From: Haplodiscus bocki
Lineage: Eukaryota
DNA: 64,000 nt
Assembly: GCA_965655095.1 (NCBI GenBank)
Contig: OZ296649.1
Location: forward strand, 148,862,001-148,926,000
Direction: 5' to 3'
Made by a program: the position numbers and the translations under genes. Of this stretch, positions 1 to 11,378 are shown one piece after another. Numbering within the stretch: the stretch's first letter is position 1; every line of letters starts with the position of its first letter. The notes under the pieces are model-generated. The model saw only the letters and a program-made list of their open reading frames with translations, was not told where the DNA came from and ran no database searches.

Positions 1-1434
1 GGATATGAGAGGGAACATTCGTAAGCTAAGACAGTAGTTGCCTTAGCTCTGATAAACAAAGCAACACGTGGTTTATTGTAGGCAACCTCATGTGGATTTG
101 TACTACAATCATCAAGTCGATTAAGGTTAAACCGGCGTACGTTAAGACGTTCTCGAAAAAAATATTGCATTGCCAAAAAGTCGTTAATATGGTCTTCATT
201 GACAGAGTGAGTTTGATCTTCAAGAGGTTCGTCGTTCAGGAGAGGAAACTGGAGAACTAAGAAGAGCTGGAGTATGATAATCTTGAACATGGAGTATAAA
301 AGGTAGCAGTTCCACGAGGAGTGCAAGTAGTTGGATCAAAATTAAATTTTAGGCTTGAACAAACAAACGAGGCAGGTGAGGTTCTATATGTTATATCTGG
401 GCAGAAAATTGGAATGGGATGAACATATAATCTTTCAAAACAAACGCGTATGGAGAACTGAATTTCTAAATTGAGTTTATAAAGGATGGCAATTTCCTCA
501 GTCTTTTTTGCGGGACTAAGACTTAGAGAGCGATTTATATTAACAATGCCATCGGATTCAAGAGTGTTATCAAGATAAAACCCAGTAGAAAGAAAATTAA
601 AGGACTGTGCGTATTGATGGATATTTCAAAAGTTCTGGAGAGAGGGAGGTAATTCATGTGATGAATTTAAACTGAAACATTGAATGTGAAGTTCGAGACA
701 AGTAGTCGTATCCAAAGATGTATGCTCAAGAGATGTAGGATTAATTAAAATATGGATTGGACGAGGAGAAAGGTCAGTAGTTGACAATAATGCAATATTT
801 AATTTACGAGACGGGTTAGTAATGGGTGTAGAAGGTGAGCGAGAGGTAAGTGGTGTATTAGATTGGCGAGGAGAGGAATGAAGGTAGCTTGTGAGTTTGT
901 TAGTTGTGTTAAAAAATTTGTAGACATTACAACTATAGTTCCTCTGATAGAGGAAAAAGTACGAAAAAACTTAGTACTTCCAGTGTTATTGAAATCATCG
1001 TCAGATAAGGTTATGGCATCATAAGAAAGGATTATGGTATCGTTAAATTCGTTTCCTGGGAGAATATCGGGGAGTGGTCCACTTGGTAAAATATTCTCGT
1101 TATAATATGGTGAAGCAATTTTTGAAAAGATTAAAAAAAACTACCTATTAGAGAAGAAACGTGAAGAAGAGGTTTGAATTTCGTTGTTTGAAGGCTGAAA
1201 GATCACAGGAGTTGAAAATTGCAGAGAGTGGTATCTATGAAATTTAAAGAGTCGGTTAACTATTTTGTACTTTTCAGTAAAATACCGATATGGAAAGTTC
1301 AAAAAATAGAGAGACCGGTTACTTGAACGAAATCTAGTAAGTTAGCAAAGAAGAAATGAACGTTTGAAGAGATGCATCTTGATGAGTTTGTTAATTTTCA
1401 TATAACTGTGAGATAGAATCTTTAAATGTTAAGA

Positions 1435-1562
1435 AGCAGGAAGAGATATTTTTGTTGTTCGTCAAGTATCAACAAGAGATATTTTGTTGTTTGTTAAATA
1501 GCAGCAAGAGAGCTTCTGTTAATTGTCAAGTAGAAGCAAGAGAGCTTTTGTTGATTTCATGT
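1435..1562. repeat. Four degenerate ~32-bp direct subrepeats inside each unit (representative copy in U0)
   Basis: AGCAGGAAGAGATATTTTTGTTGTTCGTCAAGT / ATCAACAAGAGATATTTTGTTGTTTGTTAAAT / AGCAGCAAGAGAGCTTCTGTTAATTGTCAAGT / AGAAGCAAGAGAGCTTTTGTTGATTTCATGT. Present in every unit; two subrepeats are lost in U13. Confidence 0.9.
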
Positions 1563-2091
1563 ACCAGCTGAATGAGTCGAAGATAAGCGATGAATGAAGA
1601 GAACAAAGTATTCAGCTAAACTATTTTGCAGTGGAAAATCTAATGATTGGTTGAGGACTTCGTATCATGGAAATTTGTTGGATAGCAGCGAGTTTGACTT
1701 GGGAGGTAACATAACGTTCTAGAAAGTTGTTTTGATTTGCGAAGCGTATATCGGTTATTAAATGTCGAGGATCGAGTTCAAAGAGTATCTATCGAAATCA
1801 ACAATATTCGTACCGGTGCAATCCCAACGCTCGGTTGGTAACTCCGTTGAAAAACGATCTGATTGGTAGGCGAGTTTCATAACAGAGATAAATGTAGGTT
1901 CTAAGAAACTGTTTGGATTTTCGAATAGTTTATTAGTCTTTCAAAATGTCGGAGAACGAAGTCAAAACATCTACAAAACTGAAAGTTTAACTTGTTTTGA
2001 TAGGCGGTGTAGTTATGAACAGACAAAGGGATTATTTGGAAGGATAATCATTTTGAAAAACAGAGGCTGTCTAAACTGATTTGAGCTATTT

Positions 2092-2610
2092 TTATCCCGA
2101 GTGAACATAATATTTAGATGGAGGTATATGGGTGCGGTAGTCTTTGACAGGTTGTCGTCGAAGATGGCGGGCTGTTCGGGATTGAGAATATACGGAAGTT
2201 TGGGAAGATGTTGCGCCTAGTGGAGGCGCCGTTGGTGTTTTGGTATCAATTTTATTGGTATTTGCTTGATCATTCAGCGTAGTAGGCTGTTGTTGAGAAT
2301 TATCAAAGATTAATGGAGACGAAGTGTCGTCATCAGGGGAATTTATCGAGGTTTGGTGCCTGTCAGTCAAAAAGAAATCTGGTGTAGTCTCGTTGCCAGA
2401 ATCTTCTAGCAAATCGTATGGTAATCGCTCGGGTGCATATATTTCGCCGGCTGGGTTAAACGAGGATATGGTTATATGTGGCTTAAAAGAAACCGTTTTA
2501 TATTGTTGAAAAAGTTATTCTAAATGGGGGACAACGAGATAAAATGGGATCAAATGGTTTCGGTGTGGGAACAAAACATTTCCTTGATGTGACAGTAACT
2601 GATATTTCAC
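2092..2610 (-). pseudogene. pol 3' end fragment (integrase C-terminus) in U0
   Basis: Homologous to 31591..32109. The ORF track lists its distal 106 codons (2092..2412). Confidence 0.65.
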
Positions 2611-2613
2611 ATT

Positions 2614-3256
2614 TTACTCGACGCATTGTATTTGTAGAACCGTCTGGAATCCATGATTTATATTGTGATTGAGGGCTGTAGACACATACACCATAAAAAT
2701 CTTGATCCAATGGGGTGGCTTGCATGGAACTTCGAATACGAATGAGATAATTTCGCTGTCCTAAATCAGTTAAGAAAACAATAGTTTGAGGAGATTCCAT
2801 GGTTCGGTTAGATCGTGGACCGGAAAGTTCCAGGAGAAAGCTGACATGACTCTGACAGCCATTCCTAGTAACAGCATGATACCTAAACATTGTGCTCGGA
2901 TAGTAACTTTGTCGATCATGTTAATGGTTAGTCTTAGTATTGTATACAAAAATTTCAGTTGTTTTTGTATATGAGAGGGAAAATTGGTAAGCCAAGACAG
3001 TAGTTGCCTTAGCTCTGATAAACAAATCAACACGTGGTTTATTGTAGGCAACGTCATGTGGATTTGTACTACAATCATCAAGTCGATTAAGGTTAAACCG
3101 GCGTATGTTGAGACGTTCTCGACAAAAATAATGAATTGCCAATATGTTGTTTATTTCGTCTTGATTGACAGTGTGAGTTTGATCTTCAAGAGGTTCGTCG
3201 TTCAGGAGAGGAAACTGGAGAGCTAAGAAGAACTGGAGTATGATAATCTTGAACAT
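2614..3256 (-). pseudogene. env-like glycoprotein 5' fragment (U1)
   Basis: ATG at 3256 (MFKIIILQFFLALQFP). ORFs 2921..3304 and 2498..2890 are in the same frame, split by the shared TAA at 2921-2923. Confidence 0.62.
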
Positions 3257-6200
3257 GGAGTATAAAAGGTAGCAGTTCCACGGGAGTGCAAGTAGTTGGA
3301 TCAAAATTAAATTTCAGGCTTGAATAAACGAGGCAGGTGAAGTTCTATATGTTAAATCTGGGCAGAAAAGTGGAATGGGATGAACATATAATCTTATAAA
3401 ACAAACGCGTATGGAGAACTGAATTTCTAAATTGGGTTTATAAAGGATGAAAATTTCCTTAGTCTTGTTTTCGGGACTAAGACTTAAAGAGCGATTTATA
3501 TTAACAATGCCATCGGATTCAAGAATGGTGTCAAGATAAAATCCAGTAGAAAGAAAATTAAAGGACTGTGCGTTTTGATGGGTATTTCAAAAGTTCTGGA
3601 GAGAGGGAGGTAACTCATGTGATGAATTTAAACTGAAACATTGAATGTGACGTTCGGCACAAGTAGTCGTATCCAAAGATGTATGCTCAAGAGATGTAGG
3701 GCTAATTAAATTACGGATCGGAAGAGGAGAAAGGTCAGTAGTTGACAATAATGCAATATTTAAATTACGAGACGGGTTAGTATTGGATGTAGAAGGTGAA
3801 CGAGAGGTAAGTGGTGTATTACATTGGCGAGGAGAGGAATCAACATAGTTTGTGAGTTTGTTAGTTGTGTTAAATTACTCGGAGACATTACAATTATAGT
3901 TCCTCTGATAAGGGAAAAAGTACGAAAAAATTGAGTACTTCCAGTAATAATGAAATCATCGTCAGATAAAGTTATGGCATCATAAGAAAAGATTATGGTA
4001 TCGTTAAATTCGTTTCCTGGGAGAATATCGGGGAGTGGTCTACTTGGTAAAAGACTCTGGTTATGATATGGTGAAGCAATTTTTGAAAAGATTAAAAAAA
4101 ACTACCTATGTGAGAAGAAACGTGAAGAAGAGGTTTGAATTTCGTTGTTTGAAGGCTGAAAGATCACAGGAGTTGAAAGATGCAGAGTGGTATCTTTGAA
4201 AAATTAAAGAGTCGGTTGACTAATTTGTACTTTTCAGCAAAATACCGATATGGAAAGGTGTTCAAAAATTAGAGTGACCGGTTATTTGAACGAAATCTAG
4301 TAACTTAGCAAAGACGAAATGAGCGGTTGAAGAGATTCATCTTGATGATTTTGTTAATTTTCAAAAAACTGTGAGATAGAATCTTTATATATTAAGAAGC
4401 GGCAAGAGAGATTTTTGTTGTTCGTCAAGTATCAACAAGAGATATTTTGTTGTTTGTTGAATAGCAGCAAGAGAGCTTCTGTTCTTTGTCAAGTAGTAGC
4501 AAGAGAGCTTTTGTTGATTTTAAGTACCGGCTGAATGAGTTGAAGATTAGCGATGGATGAAGAGAAGAAATTATTCAACTAATCTCTTTTGCAGTGGAAA
4601 ATCTAATGATTGGTTGAGGACTTCGTATCATGGAATTTTGTTGGCTAGCAGCGAGTTTGACTTGGGAGGTAGCCTAACGTTCTAGAAAGTTGTTTTGAAT
4701 TCCGAAGCGTATATCGGTTATTAAATGTCGAGGATCGATTTCAAAGAGTATCTATCGAAATCAACAATATTCTTACCGGAACAATCCCAACGCTCGGTTG
4801 GTAACTCCGTTAAAAAATGATCTGATTGGTAGGCGAGTTTCATAACAGAGATAAATGTAGGTTCTAAGAAACTGTTTGGATTTTTGAATAGTTTAGTCTT
4901 TCAAAATGTCGGAGAACGAAGTCAAAACATCTACAAAAATGAGAGTTTATTTTGCTTTGATATGCGGTGTAGTTATGAACAGACAAAGGCATTATTTGGA
5001 AAGATAACAATTTTGAAAAACAGAGGCTGTCTAAACTGATTTGAGCTATTTTTATCCCGAGTGAAAATAATATTTAGATGGAGGTATATGGGTGCGGTAG
5101 TCTTTGACAGGTTGTCGAAGACGGCGGGTTGTTCGGGATTGATAATATAGGGAAGTTTAGGAAGATGTTGCGCCTAGTGGATGCCCTGTTGGTGTTTTGG
5201 TATCAGTTTGATTGGTATTTGCTTGATCATTTAGCTTATTAGACTGTTGTTGAGAATTATCAAAGATTAATGGAGACGAAGTGTCGTCATCAGGGGAATT
5301 CATCGAGGTTTGGTGCCTGTCAGAAATCTGGTGTAGTCTCGTTGCCAGAATCTTCTAGCGAATCGTAAGGTAATTGCTCGGGTGCATATATTTCGCCGGC
5401 AGGGTTAAACGAGGATAGGGTTATATGTGGCTTAAAAGAAACCGTTTTATATTGTTGGAAAAGTTATTCTAAATGGGGGAGAACGGGATAAAATTGGATC
5501 AAAAGGTTTCGGTGTGCGAACAAAACATTTCCTTGATGTGACAGTAACTGATATTTCACATTTTACTCGACGCATTGTATTTGTAGAACCATCTGGAATC
5601 CATGATTATTAATGTGATTGAGGGCTGTAGGCCCATACACCATAAAAATCTTGATCCAATGGGGTGGCTTGCATGGAACTTTGAATACGAATGAGATAAT
5701 TTTGCGGTCCTAAATCAGTTAAGAAAACAATAGTTTGAGGAGATTCCTTGGTTCGGATAGATCGTGGACCGGAAAGTTCCAAGAGAAAGCTGACATGACT
5801 CTGACAGCCATTCTTAGTAACAGCATGATACCTCACCAGTGTGCTCGGATAGTAACTTTGTCGATCATGTTATTGGTTAGTCTCAGTATTGTAGACATAA
5901 ATTTTAGTTGTTTTTGTATATGAGAGGGAAAATTGGTGAGCTAAGACAGCAGTTGGTTCTCGACAAGAATAATGAATTGCGAATATGTCGTTAATTTGGT
6001 CTTGATTGACAGTGTGAGTTTGATCTTCAAGAGGTTCGTCGTTCAGGAGAGGAAACTGGAGAGCTAAGAAGAACTGGAGTATGATAATCTTGAACATGGA
6101 GTATAAAAGGTAGCAGCAGTTCCACGGGAGTGCAAGTAGTTGGATCAAAATTAAATTTCAGGCTTGAATAAACGAGGCAGGTGAGGTTCTATATGTTAAA

Positions 6201-9200
6201 TCTGGGCAGAAAAGTGGAATGGGATGAACATATAATCTTTTAAAACAAACGCGTATGGAGAACTGAATTTCTAAATTGGTTTTACAAAGGATGGCGATTT
6301 CCTTAGTCTTTTTTGCGGGACTAAGACTTAAAGAGCGATTTATATTAACAATGCCATCGGATTCAAGAATGGTGTCAAGATAAAATCCAGTAGAAAGAAA
6401 ATTAAAGGACTGTGCGTTTTGATGGGTATTTCAAAAGTTCTGGAGAGAGGGAGGTAACTCATGTGATGAATTTAAACTGAAACATTGAATGTGACGTTCG
6501 GCACAAGTAGTCGTATCCAAAGATGTATGCTCAAGAGATGTAGGGCTAATTAAATTACGGATCGGAAGAGGAGAAAGGTCAGTAGTTGACAATAATGCAA
6601 TATTTAAATTACGAGACGGGTTAGTATTGGATGTAGAAGGTGAACGAGAGGTAAGTGGTGTATTACATTGGCGAGGAGAGGAATCAACATAGTTTGTGAG
6701 TTTGTTAGTTGTGTTAAATTACTTGGAGACATTACAATTATAGTTCCTCTGATGAGGGAAAAAGTACGAAAAAATTGAGTACTTCCAGTAATAATGAAAT
6801 CATCGTCAGATAAAGTTATGGCATCATAAGAAAAGATTATGGTATCGTTAAATTCGTCTCCTGGGAGAATATCGGGGAGTGGTCTACTTGGTAAAAGATT
6901 CTGGTTATGATATGGTGAAACAATTTTTGAAAAAATTAAAAAAAACTACCTATGTGAGAAGAAACGTGAAGAAGAGGTTTGAATTTCGTTGTTTGAAGGC
7001 TGAAAGATCACAGGAGTTGAAAGATGCAGAGTGGTATCTATGAAAAATTAAAGAGTCGGTTGACTATTTTGTACTTTTCAGCAAAATACCGATATGGAAA
7101 GTGTTCAAAAATTAGAGAGACCGGTTATTTGAACGAAATCTAGTAACTTAGCAAAGACGAAATGAACGGTTGAAGAGATGCATCTTGATGAGTTTGTTAA
7201 TTTTCATATAACTGTGAGATAGAATCTTTAAATGTCAAGAAGCAGGAAGAGATATTTTTGTTGTTCGTCGAGTATCAACAAGAGATATTTTGTTGTTTGT
7301 TGAATAGCAGCAAGAGAGCTTCTGTTCTTTGTCAAGTAGTAGCAAGCGAGCTTTTGTTGATTTTAAGTACCGGCTGAATGAGTTGAAGATTAGCGATGGA
7401 TGAAGAGAAGAAATTATTCAACTAAACTATTTTCCAGTGGAAAATCTAAAGATTTGTTGAGGACTTCGTATCATGGAATTTTGTTGGCTAGCAGCGAGTT
7501 TGACTTGGGAGGTAACCTAACGTTCTAGAAAGTTGTTTTGAATTCCGAAGCGTATATCGGTTATTAAATGTCGAGGATCGAGTTCAAAGAGTATTTATCG
7601 AAATCAACAATATTCTTACCGGAACAATCCCATCGCTCGGTTGGTAACTGCGTTAAAAAACGATCTGATTGGTAGGCGAGTTTCATAACAGAGATAAATG
7701 TAGGTTCTAAGAAACTGTTTGGATTTTTGAATAGTTTATTAGTCTTTCAAAATGTCGGAGAACGAAGTCAAAACATCTACAAAAATGAAAGTTTATTTTG
7801 CTTTGATATGCGGTGTAGTTATGAACAGACAAAGAGATTATTTGGAAAGATAACAATTTTGAAAAACAGAGGCTGTCTAAACTCATTTGAGCTATTTTTA
7901 TCCCGAGTGAAAATAATTTTTAGATGGAGGTATATGGGTCCGGTAGTCTTTGACAGGTTGTCGTCGAAGACGGCGGGTTTATCGGGATTGATAATATCCG
8001 GAAGTTTGGGAAGATGTTGCGCCTAGTGGAGGCGCTGTTGGTGTTTTGGTATCAGTTCGATTGGTATTTGCTTAATCATTCAGCGTAGTAGGCGGTTTTT
8101 GAGAATTATCAAAGATTAATGGAGACGAAGTGTCGTCATCAGTGGAATTTATCGAGGTTTGGTGCCTGTCAGTCAAAAAGAAATCAGGTGTAGTCTCGTT
8201 GCGAGAATCTTCTAGCGAATGGTAAGGTAATTGCTCGGGTGCATATATTTCGCCGGCTGGGTTAAACGAGGATATGGTTATATGTGGCTTAAGAGAAACC
8301 GTTTTATATTGTTGGAAAAGTTATTCTAAATGGGGGACAACGGGATAAAATGGGATCAAATGGTTTCGGTGTGCGAACAAAACATTTCCTTGATGTGACA
8401 GTAACTGATATTTCACACTTTACTCGAGGCATTGTATTTGTAGAACCATCTGGAATCCATGATTATTAATGTGATTGAGGGCTGTAGGCCCATACACCAT
8501 AAAAAACTTGATCCAATGGGGTGGCTTGCATGGAACTTTGAATACGAATGAGATAATTTTGCGGTCCTAAATCAGTAAAGAAAACAATAGTTTGAGGAGA
8601 TTCCATGGTTCGGTTAGATCGTGGACCGGAAAGTTCCAAGAGAAAGCTGGCATGACTCTGACAGCCATTCCTAGTAACAGCATGATACCTAAACATTGTG
8701 ATCGGATAGGAACTTTGTCGATCATGTTAATGGTTAGTCTTAGTATTGTATAAAAAAATTTCAGTTGTTTTTGTATATGAGAGTGAAAATTGGTGAGCTA
8801 AGACAGTAGTTGCCTTAGCTCTGATAAACAAATCAACACGTGGTTTATTGTAGGCAACGTCATGTTGATTTGTACTACAATCATCAATTCGATTAAGGTT
8901 AAACCGGCGTACGTTAGGACGTTCTCGACAAGAATAATGAATTACGAATATGTCGTTAATTTGGTCTTGATTGACAGTGTGAGTTTGATCTTCAAGAGGT
9001 TCGTCGTTCAGGAGAGGAAACTGGAGAGCTAAGAAGAGCTGGAGTATGATAATCTAGAACATGGAGTATGAAAGGTAGCAGTTCCACGAGGAGTGCAAGT
9101 AGTTGAATCGAAATTAAATTTTAGGCTTGAACAAACAAACGAGGCAGGTGAGATTCTATATGTTATATCTGGGCAGAAAAGTGGAATGGGACGAACATAT

Positions 9201-10883
9201 AATCTTTCAAAACAAACGCGTATGGAGAACTGAATTTCTAAATTGGGTTTATAAAGGATGGCAATTTCCTTAGTCTTTTTTTGCGGGACTAAGACTTAAA
9301 GAGCGATTTATATTAACAATGCCATCGCATTCAAGAGTGTTATCAAGATAAAATCCAGTAGAAAGAAAATTAAAGGACTGTACGTTTTGATGGGTATTTC
9401 AAAAGTTCTGGAGAGAGGGAGGTAATTCATGTGATGAATTTAAACTGAAACATTGAATGTGACGTTCGAGACAAGTAGTCGTATCCAAAGATGTATGCTC
9501 AAGAGATGTAGGATTAATTAAATTATGGATTGGACGAGGAGAAAGGTCAGTAGTTGACAAAAATGCAATATTTATATTACGAGACGCGTTAGTATTGGGT
9601 GTAGAAGGTTAACGAGAGGTAAGTGGTGTAATAGATTGGCGAGGAGAGGAATGAACATAGTTTGTGAGTTTGTTACTTGTGTTAAATTACTTGGAGACAT
9701 TACAATTATAGTTCCTCTGATAAGGGAAAAAGTACGAAAAAAATTAGTACTTCCAGTAATATTGAAATCATCGTCAGATAAAGTTATGGCATCATAAGAA
9801 AGGATTATGGAATCGTTAAATTCGTTTCCTGGTGGAATATCGGGGAGTGGTCTACTTGGTAAAATATTCTGGTTGACATGGTGAAGCAATTTTTGAACGG
9901 AATAAAAAAAACTAACTATGTGAGATGAAACGTGAGGAAGAGGTTTGAATTTCGTTGTTTGAAGGCTGAAAAATCACAGGAATTGAAAAAAGCAGAGAGT
10001 GGTATCTATGAAATTTAAAGAGTCGGTTAACTATTTTGTATTTTTTAGTAAAATACCGATATGGAAAGTGTTCAAAAACTAGAGGGACCGCTTTTTTGAA
10101 GGAAATCTAGTAGCTTGGCAAGGAAGAAAAGAACGATTGAAGAGATTCATCTTGATGAGTTTGTTAATTTTCAAATAACTGTGGGATACAATCTTTAAAT
10201 GTTAAGAAGCAGCAAGAGAGATTTTTGTTGTTCGTCAAGTATCACCAAGAGATATTTTGTTGTTTGTTAAATAGCAGCAAGAGAGCTGTTATTTGTCAAG
10301 TAGTAGCAATAGAGCTTTTGTTGATTTTAAGTACCAGCTGAATGAGTCGAAGATAAGCGATTAATGAAGAGAAGAAATTATTCAGCTAAACTATTTTGCA
10401 GTGGAAAATCTAAAGATTGATTGATGACTTCGTATCATGGAAATTTGTTGGCTAGCAGCGAGTTTGACTTGGGAGGTAACTTAACGTTCTAGAAAGTTGT
10501 TTTGACATCCGAAGCGTATATCGATTAAAAAATGTCGAAGATCGATTTCAAAGAGTATCTATCGAAATCAACAATATTCGTAACGGTGCAAACCCAACGC
10601 TCGGCTGGTAACTCCGTCAAAAAACGAGTTGATAGGTAGGCGAGTTTCATAAGAGAGATAAATGTAGGTTCTAAGAAACTGTTTGGATTTTTGAATAGTT
10701 TATTAGTCTTTCAAAATGTCGGAGAATGAAGTCAAAACATCTACAAAACTGAAAGTTTAACTTGTTTTGATAGGCGGTGTAGTTATGAACAGACAAAGGG
10801 ATTATTTGGAAGGATAATCATTTTGAAAAACAGAGGCTGTTTAAACTGATTTGAGCTATTTTTATCCCGAGTGAAAATAATAT

Positions 10884-11378
10884 TTAGATGTGAGGTATAT
10901 GGGTCCGGTAGTCTTTGACAGGTCGTCGAAGACGGCAAGTTTTTCGGGATTGAGAAAATACGGAAGATTGGGAAGATGTGGCGCCTAGTGGAGGCACTGT
11001 TGGTGTTATGTTATCAGTTTGATTGGTATTTCCTTGATCATTCAGCGTAGTAGGCGGTTGTTGAGAATTATCAAAGATTAATGGAGACGAAGTGTCGTCA
11101 TCAGGGGAATTTATCGAAGTTTGGTGCCTGTCAGTCAAAAAGAAATCTGGTGTAGTCTCGTTGCCAGAATCTTCTAGCAAATCGTAAGGTAATCGCTCGG
11201 GTGCATATATTTCGCCGGCTGGGTTAAACGAGGATATGGTTATATGTGGCTTAAAAGAAACCGTTTTATTTTGTTGAAAAAGTTTTTCTAAATGGGTGAC
11301 AACGTGATAAAATGGGATCAAATGGTTTCGGTGTGCGAACAAAACATTTCCTTGATGTGACAGTAACTGATATTTCAC
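10884..11378 (-). pseudogene. pol 3' end fragment (integrase C-terminus), open copy in U3
   Basis: 164 open codons homologous to 31591..32109, including the HRNHLIPFY motif. Confidence 0.72.

Noticed and set aside
1435-1562. ~32-bp repeats as a CRISPR array
   Set aside because: The copies are contiguous and degenerate, with no unique spacers and no cas genes nearby.
1621-2094. Alternative genetic code (TAA/TAG = Gln) making pol continue through the spacer
   Set aside because: Stops in this frame are mostly TAA/TAG, but that is expected in AT-rich decayed DNA. The clearly coding parts use CAA/CAG for Gln and are nearly free of TAA/TAG.
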